Shown here in pieces: positions 24,096 to 35,607 of a stretch of DNA of 64,000 nucleotides. Below the pieces are notes generated by a model that worked only from the letters and a program-made list of their open reading frames with translations, was not told the origin of the DNA and did not search any database. The DNA comes from Malacoraja senta (taxonomy: Eukaryota). The translations under genes and the position numbers were made by a program. Positions within the stretch are counted from its first letter, which is position 1. The number at the start of each line of letters is the position of its first letter. Location: contig CM075994.1 in the NCBI GenBank assembly GCA_038087875.1, forward strand, positions 10,914,001 through 10,978,000. Direction: 5' to 3'.

Positions 24096-25586
24096 GTCAT
24101 ACTTTGTGTCCAGTCTGGATATAGGTCTGAAACCTCACTTCTCCAGAGGTGCTGTGTGACCTTCTGAGTTACTCCAGCACTTTGTGACTTTGGTTGTAAA
24201 CCAGCATCTGCAGTTCCCTGTTTCTGCAATGTATAACTGGTAGTTGCATCAAGAAACTTTCCCTATTAGAATGCTTCACTCCGATACCATGTAACCACCA
24301 TGCCAAAATAGCAAGTTGTAAATGCTACCATTGGACTCGGAGTATCATTGAGAATTCAGTTATCTTACTGCCACTGTGCCATCCTTGTCTCAGAGGGTGG
24401 TGAATCTCTGGAATTCTGTGCCTGAGGGTGGTGGAGGCTGGATCATCAGACATATATAAGTTGGAGATATTTGAAAGTTCAGGATAAAGATGCTGACTAT
24501 CTACCCTGTTTGTGTCCCTCAGAATTTTATAAACTTTGTTTAAATATAAATGTCAATCACCTTCCCAATCTCTCCTTATAATTCAAGCCCCTCCCCGTCC
24601 AGAAAACATTAATGTGATTTTTTCCAGCTTTGAGAAATATTGGAGGGGTAACGACAATGTTGATAAATAAGAATAGTTGAGGCCAGCATAGCCAGCCATG
24701 ATCCCATTGAATGGTGGGCTGGACTTGAGGGGCTGAGTGGCCTGCTCATGCTACTGCTATTGTCTCCTGCCCTTCCATATCTGGAGCAAAGATGGCTGAG
24801 AGTCACATCCAGAAGAAAGAATGAGAAGCATTCACTGCACACACCCTGTGCTTACAGTTTTCAGCCTGAAGAAGGGTCCAGAGCTGAAAGTTGCCTGTCC
24901 GTTCCCACCACTGATGCTGCCTGACCCGCTCAGTTACTTGAGCACCTCATGTTTTGCTGAGTTTGCAGTTTGCCTGGGTGAAGTTGAATCACTAAATCAT
25001 TGAAAGATACAGCATGGATACAGACTCTTCGGCTCTCTAAGTCCACGCCAGCTATCGATCACCCGTTCACACCAGATCTATGTTATCCCACTTCCTCAGC
25101 CACTCACCCACACACTAGGAGCAACTTACAGAGAGGTTGATTAAACAGGTACAAACCCACTTGTTTTAGGGATGTGGGAGGAAACTGCAGCACCTAGAAG
25201 AATCCAACATGGTCAAAGGGAGGACGTGCAAACTCCACACGGACTGTGCATTAATCATGTATTGTCTTTCTGCCGACTGGTTAGCATGCAACAAAAACTT
25301 TTCACTGTACCTCGATCCATGTGACAACAAACTAAACTGAAACAGACGGCAGCAGAGGTCAGGATCTATCCCAGGTCTCTGGGGCTGTGAGGCAGCAATG
25401 TGTTTTAAACGGTCCTATGTGGCTGAAGATTATGACAGTAAAGACTCTAATCCACTTCCATGGAAATGCTCTGGCCTGACGTGTATTTTGTGGCATTTTC
25501 TGTATTTGTGTTGCCTTTTGTTGACATGCTTATTCTGCTCAGTAATCTGTCAGTGCCTGCACTAATACTGTTCACCTTTTCACCAG

Positions 25587-25682
25587 GACAGGTTGGAAAA
25601 ATCCACAGATTTTCTCCAGATCCAAAAGGAGCAAGCATGTCACAGTCAGAGCCAACAAGAAGCAAAGATTTATAAAATCAAG
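25587..25682 (+). CDS. TRIM-A coiled-coil exon (96 bp, phase 0-0)
   Basis: TTTTCACCAG|GAC...AAG|GTACGA. Translates DRLEKSTDFLQIQKEQACHSQSQQEAKIYKIK. Same length and phase as TRIM-B exon 2. Confidence 0.75.
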
Positions 25683-27629
25683 GTACGATTTCATACACCA
25701 GGTTTAGTTTTGAAGTGATCCATGCACCGTTGAACTTGCAGGTAGTTCAGTTTAGAGATATAGCAGGGAAACAGTCCCATCGAGTCCGTGCCGACCAGGT
25801 ATCCCTGCATACTGATACTGTCCTACACACACTAGGGGCAATTTACAATTTTACTTTGGAGTCACGTGAGTGACTACGTGAAGAAGACCCCGTCCAGCCG
25901 CACACGCGTCATTATCGATCAGACGCATAGCGTTCATGACCGTGTGTGGAGGAGCAGGAGCTCCTCCAGCGGTGAGTAAAGCAAATTTAAAGTAAAAATC
26001 GGACAAGGTAAGTGGTTTCGTTTTTACTTACAGGCCGCTTTTCTTCCCGCTCAGACGTGTTGGCAGAGGTCCACACAAACTCAGAATGGAGAAAGAGCGT
26101 AGGGGAAGGAGAGGCCAGGGACGCACCGCAGGTAAAACCCCCGATGCTAAGGGTAGCGGGCGTCAGGAAGAGGAGTCAGTGGCATCGAAGCCATCAACTC
26201 CCGTTACGGTCGAATGTGCCGTTAAACTGCCGGCGGCGGGGCGCAAGGCAGGACAAAAGTCGGCCCAACCTGTAGACTCGGAAGAGTCAGACCCGGAGGT
26301 ATACCCTCCTGCAGCAGAAAATGTTATGGCTGCAAGGGTCGCCAGTTTAGAGCTCCTGATGGGGATTTACAAAGAACCCCCACAGGAGGAATCAGGTTGG
26401 TGTTGGCCAATGGAGGATACGGCACAGGGTATGCCTTGGTTGGGACAGGCACAAGGGTGGCCTACAGGAGAGCCATCAGAAATGACTGTGCAAAGGTATT
26501 ACAGTGGTTGGCCTGCTGAAGAGCCAGTACCAGAAATGTCTCAAAAAAGACAGTACAAACGTATTTATGTGCCAGCACCGAAAGTTCCTAAAGGGAAAAT
26601 TATGAAGCGTTGGCCTAGAGTTGAGCCAGCGCCAGCAGCACCTGAAACAGGGCTGCCTATCTGTGGGCCTATAAGAGAGCCCGCGCAGGGGGAATCTGGC
26701 ATAGACTTACCTGAAACAGGGGAGCCAGAATTTACCAAACCTGAATAGGAACATCTAGATTCAGAAGATGAATTCTATGAGGATGAGAGCCCATTATCAG
26801 AGCTGAAAGTTCCTGGACTAGCACAAAAGTTTGCTGTTCCTAGAATAAAGGGGGAACCTTTGAGGGAGGAAATAGCAATGACTATAAACTATCTACTCTC
26901 CCATCAGCTCCAGGAAGTAACTATGGATGAGACTATGAAACAGTACGAGGCCCCAGCAAATTGTGAATTGCTGACATTTCCAGCAGTAAGTAACTTGATT
27001 TGGGGTTATTTGAGCATTGGTTTACGCTCACAAGAATTGAAATTGCAACGTGTATTGAAATTGCTGGGGTCAGGCATCACGGCATTTGCCAGAGGTTTGG
27101 ATGATGGTTATGTATCAGATTCAAAACAAGATGCTCTAGCACTGATGTGTGGTGCACATTTTTGAAATAAATTATATTCGTAAAAATGCAATAAGACCAA
27201 ATATTCATCCTAAGTATGCAGGGCTCTGCAAACCAACCAACATACCTAAGCTGCTGTTTGGAGAAAATCTAGCAAAGAAGCTAAAAGGACTTGAATGAAG
27301 AGTCAAGAACCTTGAGTGGCATGATGATGAAACCACCGATGATGAGCAGAGCGGTGCGAAGGCAGTATCCCTACAGGCGGAATACTGGTGCTGGAGAAGG
27401 AACAAGCCGATCATTCTCGTATACACGTTGGCGTGCTGCACCGGGGATACGTGGAGCTTACAATGTGCCTACCAGAAGCGGACAATTGCCGGTGGCAAAC
27501 CCCGAGGTAGGGGGTCCTGGTCTGGTAAGGAATACAATAAATGTTTCACATTCACAAGTAGGGGGAAGGTTATGATTCTTCCAAAAAGAAATGATTCATT
27601 TATTCTAAATAGCATTGTAGGATTCAAAA

Positions 27630-29417
27630 TTGAGTTTCTATCCATATTTGGATCCTCCAAGGCAAGAAAATTCAAACTGGTCACGAATTTTCTCAAAAGA
27701 AGAGAATAAGTTGATCAAAGGAGAATTAGAAACTTTAACCAAAAAGGGGGTAATAGAGAAGTCAGTAGAAAAACACCATCAGTTTGTATCAAATATTTTT
27801 CCAAGAACAAAAACGGACGGTGGATGTAGAATCATATCGGATCTGACAAATCTTAACCTTTATGTACAATACAAACATTTCAAAATGGAAACATTTACTA
27901 ATGCAATTCAGCTAATCATAGAAAATTGCTACATGGCAAGCATAGATCTGCAAGATGCATATTATTCCGTGGCAATGCATGGTAATGATAAAGATATTTG
28001 AAATTTAGATGGATGAGTCAGTTATGGCAATTTAAAGCATTGCCCAATGGTCTGATTTCAGCACCAAGATTATTCACTAAATTGCTCAAATCAATTTTAT
28101 CTCTGTTAAGAGCTGAGGGCCATGTATTAATGGCTTATTTAGAGGATATCCTCATTGTAGGGGACACTTTGGCTGCTGCAAAATTGTCAGTATCCAGAGT
28201 CAAATACATTTTTGAGAAATTAGGTTTCATTATTCACCTACAAAAATCTAAATTGTTACCAAGCAAAAAGATTGATTACCTAGGGTTCACAATTAACTCC
28301 GACACATGGTAATCACTTTGCCAAAAGATAAAAGCTGCAGTTAATTGAAGGTTGCATAAAACTAATTAACGAGGACACACCTTCAATTAGAGAAGTGGCA
28401 AGCTTGCTAGGCAAATTAATTGCAGGGTTTCCAGCGGTCACGTTTGGACCATTGCATTATCAATGTTTACAGAGAGCTAAGGTACAAGCGTTAAAAATGA
28501 ATAGAGGGCATTTTGACAGGCCCATGAAATTAACAATTTAATCCATTACAGAAATAGAATGGTGGATTAACAATGTTTCTAATGCTTCCAGAAAAGTTCT
28601 GGTAGAAACACCTTCCGTCACTCTACAGACTGATGTAAGTGCGCTGGGTTGCGGCGCTACTAACATGATTTTCAGCTGTGGAGGTAGGTGGAATGTGAAT
28701 GAAGTACCTTTGCTGGAAAATCTGGGAATCAATTACCTAGAGCTGTTAGGCGCATTTTACGGCCTTAGAGCTTATTGCACTGATATGGGAAATGTGCATG
28801 TTCAGGTACAGGTTGACAATACTACAGCTGTAGCATACATAAATCACATGGGTGGTATAAAATCAGAATCATGTGATAAATTAGCAAATGAAATTTGGAC
28901 CTGGTGTATTGCCAGGAAAATTTGGCTGTCAGCAATATATTTACCAGGTAAATTTAATACAATTACAGACAAAAGATCACGTAAATTTAATGATAATACA
29001 GAATGGATGTTAAATAGGAAAATATTCACACAAATTATAACACAATTTGGAATGCCAGAAATTGATCTGTTTGCATCAAGATTGAACCACCAGTTGACTA
29101 AGTATGTGTCATGGGAACCTGATCCTGGAGCAGTAGCGGTGGATGCTTTCTCGCTACATTGGGGTGGTATGTTTCTGTATGCGTTTCCGCCATTTTGTTT
29201 AATCCACAGATGCATACAGAAAATTAAACAAGATTCAGCCTCGGGGATTTTGGTAGTACCAGATTGGCCTAAACAGCTATGGTACCCACTGGTGTTAAAA
29301 ATAATCAAAAAAAACCTTATGGTTATTCCAAAGCAGATTAAACTGCTTGTACACCCTGTGACTGATGAATCACATCCTTTACATGATCATATTGATTTGT
29401 TGATTTGCAGATTCTAA
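27630..29417 (+). pseudogene. DIRS copy 2 pol (RT, RNase H, MT), frameshifted
   Basis: FVSNIF, HFKMET, IDLQDAY, LPNGL.SAPRLF, AYLED (YLDD variant), DNTTAVAYIN, IDLFASRLN, YAFPPF, VVPDWP. Confidence 0.9.
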
Positions 29418-30395
29418 GAAGGCCATATCTTGGAAAAGGATTATCAGACCGTACGGTGGATGTTATAACAACAGCCTGGAGGAATAGTACCCAGAAGCAG
29501 TACATCTCCTATATAAAGAAATGGGAGGAGTTTTGTTCAGGGAAACATATTGCATATAACCCAGCAGAAATTTCAGATGTAATAGAGTTCCTTTCTACTC
29601 TATACTATGAATTAAAATTAAATTATAGTGCAATTAATACTGCACGAAGTGCACTCTCTGCATATTTAAGCAGTGAATCAGAACAACCTCCAATAGGAGC
29701 ACATCCTTGTGTCTGTAGGTTTATGAAAGGAATTTTCAACTCTAATCCTCCCAGACCTAGGTATACAGAAATTTGGAATGTAAAAGATGTACTGATGTTG
29801 CTAAGGAATTGGAATCTAGTTGAAACTCTGTCATTATCCAAAATCACCATGAAATTGGTTATGCTCATGGCATTAGTTTCAGCTCAGAGAGTTCAAACAT
29901 TACAGAAACTCAGAATTGATAGAATGAAAGTAGGGCCAAATGCCGTGACATTCTATGTCTATGATTTACTGCAGCAAAGTAGACCTAGGTTCACAGGATG
30001 CAAGTTGGAATTTTTAGCATATCCTACAGACCCACGACTGTGTGTAGTAACATATGTGAAATGTTACATAGAAACAACAAAAGTTTTAAGAGGCACCGAA
30101 TTGGCATTTTTTATTATTCATAAAAAGCCTCATAAGAAAGTGTCAACACAAACAATTTCACGATGGTTGAAACGGGTGTTGAGATATTCAGGTAATGATA
30201 CTGATAAATTTAAATCTCATTCCACCAGGGCGGCATCAACATCAGCGGCCAGGGATTCAGACAATAGACCTTATTCTCGCGGCCGCAGGATGGGCAAGTG
30301 AACAGATGTTTCACAAGTATTACCATAAGGAGATTAAAGATCTCAGAGTGTTTGGTGATGCCGTGCTGGATACAGTATTAAATCCCCCATTATAA
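29405..30395 (+). pseudogene. DIRS copy 2 tyrosine recombinase (298-aa ORF, frameshift before the catalytic Tyr region)
   Basis: SAQRVQTL and HSTRAAS in ORF 29405-30301. AAGWASEQMFHKYY in ORF 30195-30395. Confidence 0.9.
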
Positions 30396-32287
30396 TAAAT
30401 GGGCCTAATTTTGTTACTTTTATTAAAATAAATAAAACCATTAACTGATTACATTCAAATGTTGTGGTTATGCATTGTTGATTGTGCTTACTCAAATAGA
30501 GTCAATCGATGCAGTGAACACCTGGATTTGAATCCACGGTGTGAAATCACAGAGCTTTGAAATCTTCACGTAGTCACTCACATGACTCCGAAGTAAAATA
30601 GTAAGATTAAACGGGAACTTACCAGTTTGAAGTTTGATCTTTATTTTATGAGGAGTAACATTGAGGGATTACGTGCCCTCCGCTCCCACCCTCATAAAAG
30701 GATCAAGCTGGTAGTTCTAAGTCTTTATGCATCTTACTATCATACTTCAGTAATTATCGTCTGTGATTGTCACTCCGCTGCTTTGAAAGCTTGACGCGTG
30801 TGCGGCTGGACGGGGTCTTCTTCACGTAATCCCTCAACGTTACTCCTCATAAAATAAAGATCAAACTTCAAACTGGTAAGTTCTCGTTTAATCTTACTAT
30901 TTTACTGGCCAATTAATCTACAAATTTGTACGTCTCTGGAATGTGGCAGAAACCGGAGCTCCCACAGAGAACACACGCAGGTCATGGGGAGAATGCACAA
31001 ACTGTACAGACAGCAGCGATAGTCAGGATTGAACTCATGGGTCTGTTGCTGTGAGGCAGTAGTTCTACCCCTGCTCCACCATGCCGGTCTTGTTGAAGTG
31101 TACATCATATTCACAGGGCTTGATGGTAAAGATATTGTTTCTCCTGCCCGAACAGCCCACACCCCCTCCGCGACGCACCAATTTATTTCCCTCCACTTAC
31201 ATTCCTTCCTCTGGTTTCACAATTTGCAATTCTTCAATCCTTTTATCTCATCCCATCAGTTTTTTTCATCTCAACCCGAGAGGCCTGCATAGAGTGGATG
31301 TGGAGAGGATGTTTCCACTAGATCCATTTAGTTTAGTTTAGAGATACAGCATGGAAACACCGAGTCAACGATCCTCATACACGTCCCATCCTACACACAA
31401 GGGACAGTTGACAGTGTGTAGGATAGAACTACCACAGTGGTTCTATCAGAGATCACCCATACACTCGTTCCATCCTACACACCAGAGACAGTTGACAGTG
31501 TGTAGGGTAGAATAATCGCAGTGGTTCTCTTTGCACCCACAGTGTTAAGACAAATACATTGTGACAGCATGGGGTTCTCCCGGGTGCCGCGATCCCCCCA
31601 CACCTCTCCTTTCCCCTACACTCAGCCACAAAGATGTGCAGGCCTGCAGCCCAACTGTGTGTGAGCCGCCAGCAGATCCCTGCCCCACAGCATCTGACTC
31701 TGAGCACTCCGGCACACCAGCTCCACCCCACACACTGGGGACAATCCGGTGTGTAGTATAGAACCAGCCCCAAGGAGCACCCCAGGTCTGGATCGAATCC
31801 GTGCCTGGAGCAGCGGCACCACCAGTGATCCACAGAACCCCCACAACCCACAGAAGCCAACTAAACCACAAACCTGCACGTCCCCACCCAGCGGGAGGAA
31901 ACCCGAGCACACGGAGAAAACCCACACTGTCGCAGGAAGCCCCCAGCATCAAACTCTGGTCTCTGGCGCTGTAAGGTAGCAACTACTGTGATGCCACTGT
32001 GCCATCCTTCTGTATTGTGTGTCCTTTACTGTTTATTGTGGAGGGAATGTTTATCAGCTGTTTTCCAATAGTGTTGTTCATATTAAACCCCTCATTGGGT
32101 ATTAGTGGACAATGAGTAATAACGGACACCATCTCCCCTGTGGTCCGTTACAGCGAGGGTTTACTGTATAACTGATATATCTGGTATTGTATATCTGATC
32201 TGTATGGATGGCAGTAAAACAAAGCTTTTCACTGTACATGGTGTCAATAATAAACCTAAACCCACTGATCTTGCTGTTTCTACACAG

Positions 32288-32511
32288 GAGAAGGGCCGAC
32301 TGCTGAAGGAGCGGGTCGAGGTCGATCTATCCAGCGTCTACCGATTCCTGGACGCGAGGAAGTGGGTCCTGGAGGCGAAGATCGATGAGGAGGTGTGCAG
32401 CCCTTGCAAGAGGACCTGGCGAAGATCTGTCTGGAAGCCTGCACGATCGAGCAAACCATCCGGGATGTGCAGCTGCAACTGAACTATGGGGAGCCCCAGG
32501 AGATGCTTCAG
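32288..32511 (+). pseudogene. TRIM-A coiled-coil exon with internal frameshift
   Basis: TCTACACAG|GAG...CAG|GTAAGA. EKGRLLKERVEVDLSSVYRFLDARKWVLEAKIDEEV switches frame to QPLQEDLAKI...EPQEMLQ. 224 bp is not a multiple of 3. Confidence 0.75.
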
Positions 32512-34138
32512 GTAAGAAGCAGCAGGCAGCCCACGCTTGTGAAACATGCAATGGACCTTCACCATTCTTCTTCATTATTTCGCATTTCTGTTACTTAATT
32601 TCTGCCAGTCGATGAAAGAGTTTGCATCGAAATGTTGCTTTTTTGACCTTGAGACACTCTTGTTCCACCTCTGCACAAAAGAGGTGTCCAGACCGGCATA
32701 GATCACCTATGATGATATTGAATGTATGGAGTAGGATTGAGAGCCGAGTGGTCAACTCCAACTGTTATTTTCTTGTGCTTGTGGCGAGAGGATTTAAGAA
32801 TAGGAGCAGGGAGGTCTTGCTTCAACTGTTTCCATGGACGTTTCCAGTAATGGGAGCGTCTAGAACCAGAGGGCACAGCCTCTGGATAAAAGGATATACG
32901 TTCAAAATGGAGTTGAAGGAATTGTTTTCACCAGAGGGTGGTGAATCTGGGGAAATTGGCACAAACATCCATAGAGGCCAAGACATTGGTTATTTTTAAG
33001 GCAGAAATTGATAGGTTATTGATTGGGTTGAACGTTATTGGTTACGATGAGATAGCAATAGAATGGGGTTGAGAGGGAAAAATAGATCACCTATGATTGA
33101 TTGGCAGACCAGATTCAATGGGCTGAATGGCCTAATTCTGCTCCTGTGTCTTGTGGTCTTCTGCACAGCGTCTTGGTAAGATTGCACCTTTGAGTATTGT
33201 ATACATTTTTTATCTCCTTCTCTAAGGAAGGATGTTCTTGCTATGCAGGGAATTCAGTGAAGGTTTCCTGATCCCTGAGATGGCAGGACTGATGAATGAA
33301 GGCTTAATTTCTTGATAGTTTGGAAGAATGAGAGTGGAACTCGCAGATACCTGCAGAATTCACAGGTGTGCCATACACATGCACAGAGTGTATATTCAGA
33401 GTCTCTTGCCCAGAGTAGGTGAATCGAGGACCAGATGACATGGGTTTAAGGTGAAGGGGAAAAGATTTAATAAGAATTTGAGGGTAACTTTTTCACACAA
33501 AGGGTGGTGGGTGTATGGAACAAGCTGCTGGAAAAGTTGAGGATGGGACTATCCCAACGTTTAAGAAACAGTTAGACAGATGTATGGATAGGACAGGTTT
33601 GGAGGGTTATGGACCAAACGCAGGCAGGTGGGAGTAGTGTAGCTGGGGCATGTTGGCCGGTTTGGGCAAGTTGGGCCGAACAGCTTGTTTCCACACTGTA
33701 TCACTCTATGACTCTAATTCTATCAGGATTGGAAAGGTTAGATACAGGAAGGATATTTCTGAAATCCAGAACCAGTATAAAGATAAGGTGTGATATGTTT
33801 AAGACTGAGATGAGGCAGGATTTTTTTTCCCAAGACCGTAGTGAGTCTGTCGAGTTATCTACCGCAGGATGCAGTTGCAGTTGCAACAGAATCATTAAAT
33901 TTGTTCATTGTGGATTTCTGTATTTTCTCTGAGTTAGTAGGATCAGCGGATATGGGGCAAATATTGAAACAGAGAAAGTCAGTGATCCCCCCCTTGATCA
34001 TATTGAATGGTGGGAACAGTTTTGCAGGGTCAAATGTCCTATTCCTGCTCCTATATTTCTATGAATTATAATCTACCTTGCTGGACTGGGAAGGAATCTA
34101 CCTTCCATGTCCAGTCTAGTCTACACATGACTTCAGCC

Positions 34139-34488
34139 CAGGGGTGGGGAACCTTTTCATGTTGGAATGCCGCATTAAGATAGCTGCAATCTAATAAGGC
34201 CGCATCCAAGATACTTCAATCAGATATACTTCAAAATGTACATTATTTTGTTAAAATAGCCCTCATGACTTACTAATGTTTTAATTGTGGCCGTCAGTCG
34301 GGGAGGATTATTTCGTTGAATCTTCTTTTACTCTTTGGTATTTTAAATACGTTCATTTTAAGATTAAAATAAAAAATAAGACGAACAAAAACATATTAAT
34401 AAAAATAAAAGGATTTGTTCTACAAAATTTGGATTCATTCAAAAGGCCGCACTTAATGGCCTAAAAGGCCGTAGTTTCCCCACCCCTG
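34139..34488. mobile_element. hAT (Charlie-like) MITE
   Basis: TIRs CAGGGGTGGGGAA / TTCCCCACCCCTG. 8-bp TSD CTTCAGCC / CTTCAACC. Confidence 0.85.
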
Positions 34489-34504
34489 CTTCAACCCATC
34501 ACAT

Positions 34505-34775
34505 TGGAGTTGCTACCTTACAGCACCAGAGACCCAGGTTCGATCCTAACTACGGGTGCTGTCTGTACAGGTTTTTTATGTTCTCCCTGTGACTGCGTGG
34601 GTTTGCTCCGGTTTCCTGTCACATTCCAAAAACGTGCAGGTTTGTGGGTTAATTGATTTCTGAAATTGTCACTGGTGTGTAGCAGAGAACAAGTGTATGG
34701 TTGATTGTTGGTTGTCGATGACTTTGTGGGCCGGAGGGCCAGATTCCATGCAAAATCTCTAAACTAAACTAAACA
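34505..34775 (+). mobile_element. HE1/V-SINE-like tRNA-derived SINE (other copies near 25010-25400, 25745-25848 plus 30904-31085, 50930-51340 and 57063-57325)
   Basis: B box GGTTCGATCC, V-domain-like TGCGTGGGTTT...CCGGTTTCCT, tail GGGCC.GAGGGCC...(CTAAA)n. Confidence 0.7.
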
Positions 34776-35607
34776 TTGGTTTAGGATCATGTGTTCCTGG
34801 ATACAGTGTAAAGCTTTGTTTTTCATGCTATCCTCAAAGATCAGATATATACAATCAAGTCAAACTCAAGTACAATAGGTAGAGCAAAAGTGGCGGCGCT
34901 GTTGCGCAGCTGCGGCTCGCCTGCAGTCCGTCTGTTTTTCATTTTTTTGTTGTTTTCTTTTGTCCTGTTTTAGTTAAATTTTAGTTTATTGAGTTTATTG
35001 TACGTGTGGGGTGGGGTGGGGGGGGGGGTGAAACATGATTTTGTCTCTTCCTTCGGGGGTATGCGACTTTTTCTTGTCGTATCCCCCTTCTCTGCCTCCG
35101 TCTGTGCTGGGCCAAAATGGCGGAGCTGCCGGCCTCCAACTCCAACTGCGACCGACCGACCTCGAGGCTCCGGAGGCAGAGCCAGGACTTACCAGCGCGG
35201 GGCTGGCCGGCTGCGGTGGCGTTCCGGCGGTGGCGACTGAGGATGCTGGTGGCGACCTGAGTCCGGAGGCTCGGCCGCGGGCCCAGTGGACGACATCGTC
35301 GGGAGCTCGCAGGTCACAGGTGGGTGACCTGTTTTTCTGGGGCTCCCGCAACTACAGCTGCGTCCGCTGGACTGGAGGGCGGCGGCTTCGGCCACCCCGG
35401 GCCGCGGAGTTTGAACCGGCCCGTCGCGGACGGAGCACGGATTCAGCCGCAGGACTGACTTACCATCACCCGGCGGGGTCACAACGTCAGAAGCCTGGAT
35501 CGCCTCAGCGCAGAGAGAGAACAAAGAGGGAAGAGACAGAGACTTTAAGACTTTTGCCTCCATCACAGTGAGGAGGTGCCTGGTGAACTCACTGTGGTGG
35601 ATGTTAA

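Larger units (their letters stand above)
25849..30903 (+). mobile_element. Full-length DIRS1-type retrotransposon, copy 2 (~5.05 kb), inserted in a V-SINE within a TRIM-A intron
   Basis: 5' end TTTTACTTTGGAGTCACGTGAGTGACTACGTGAAGA. The ITR (~25876-25911) is inverted at ~30792-30827. ICR 30563-30675 is complementary to both termini. gag-like 26086-27470, pol ~27500-29417, YR 29405-30395. Confidence 0.95.

Noticed and set aside
22470..24159. 349-aa and 124-aa His/Thr-rich ORFs
   Set aside because: These are translations of a CA-rich microsatellite that lacks stops by composition.
27630..30395. RT plus methyltransferase plus tyrosine recombinase as a bacterial retron, prophage or defence locus
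   Set aside because: The domain order and ITR/ICR termini are those of known eukaryotic DIRS1 retrotransposons.
34989..35571. GC-rich overlapping ORFs (also 42289-42744 and 48952-49485) as host genes or CpG-island promoters
   Set aside because: All lie inside repeats bounded by TSDs or TIRs, have no recognisable domains, and are open in several frames because of high GC.
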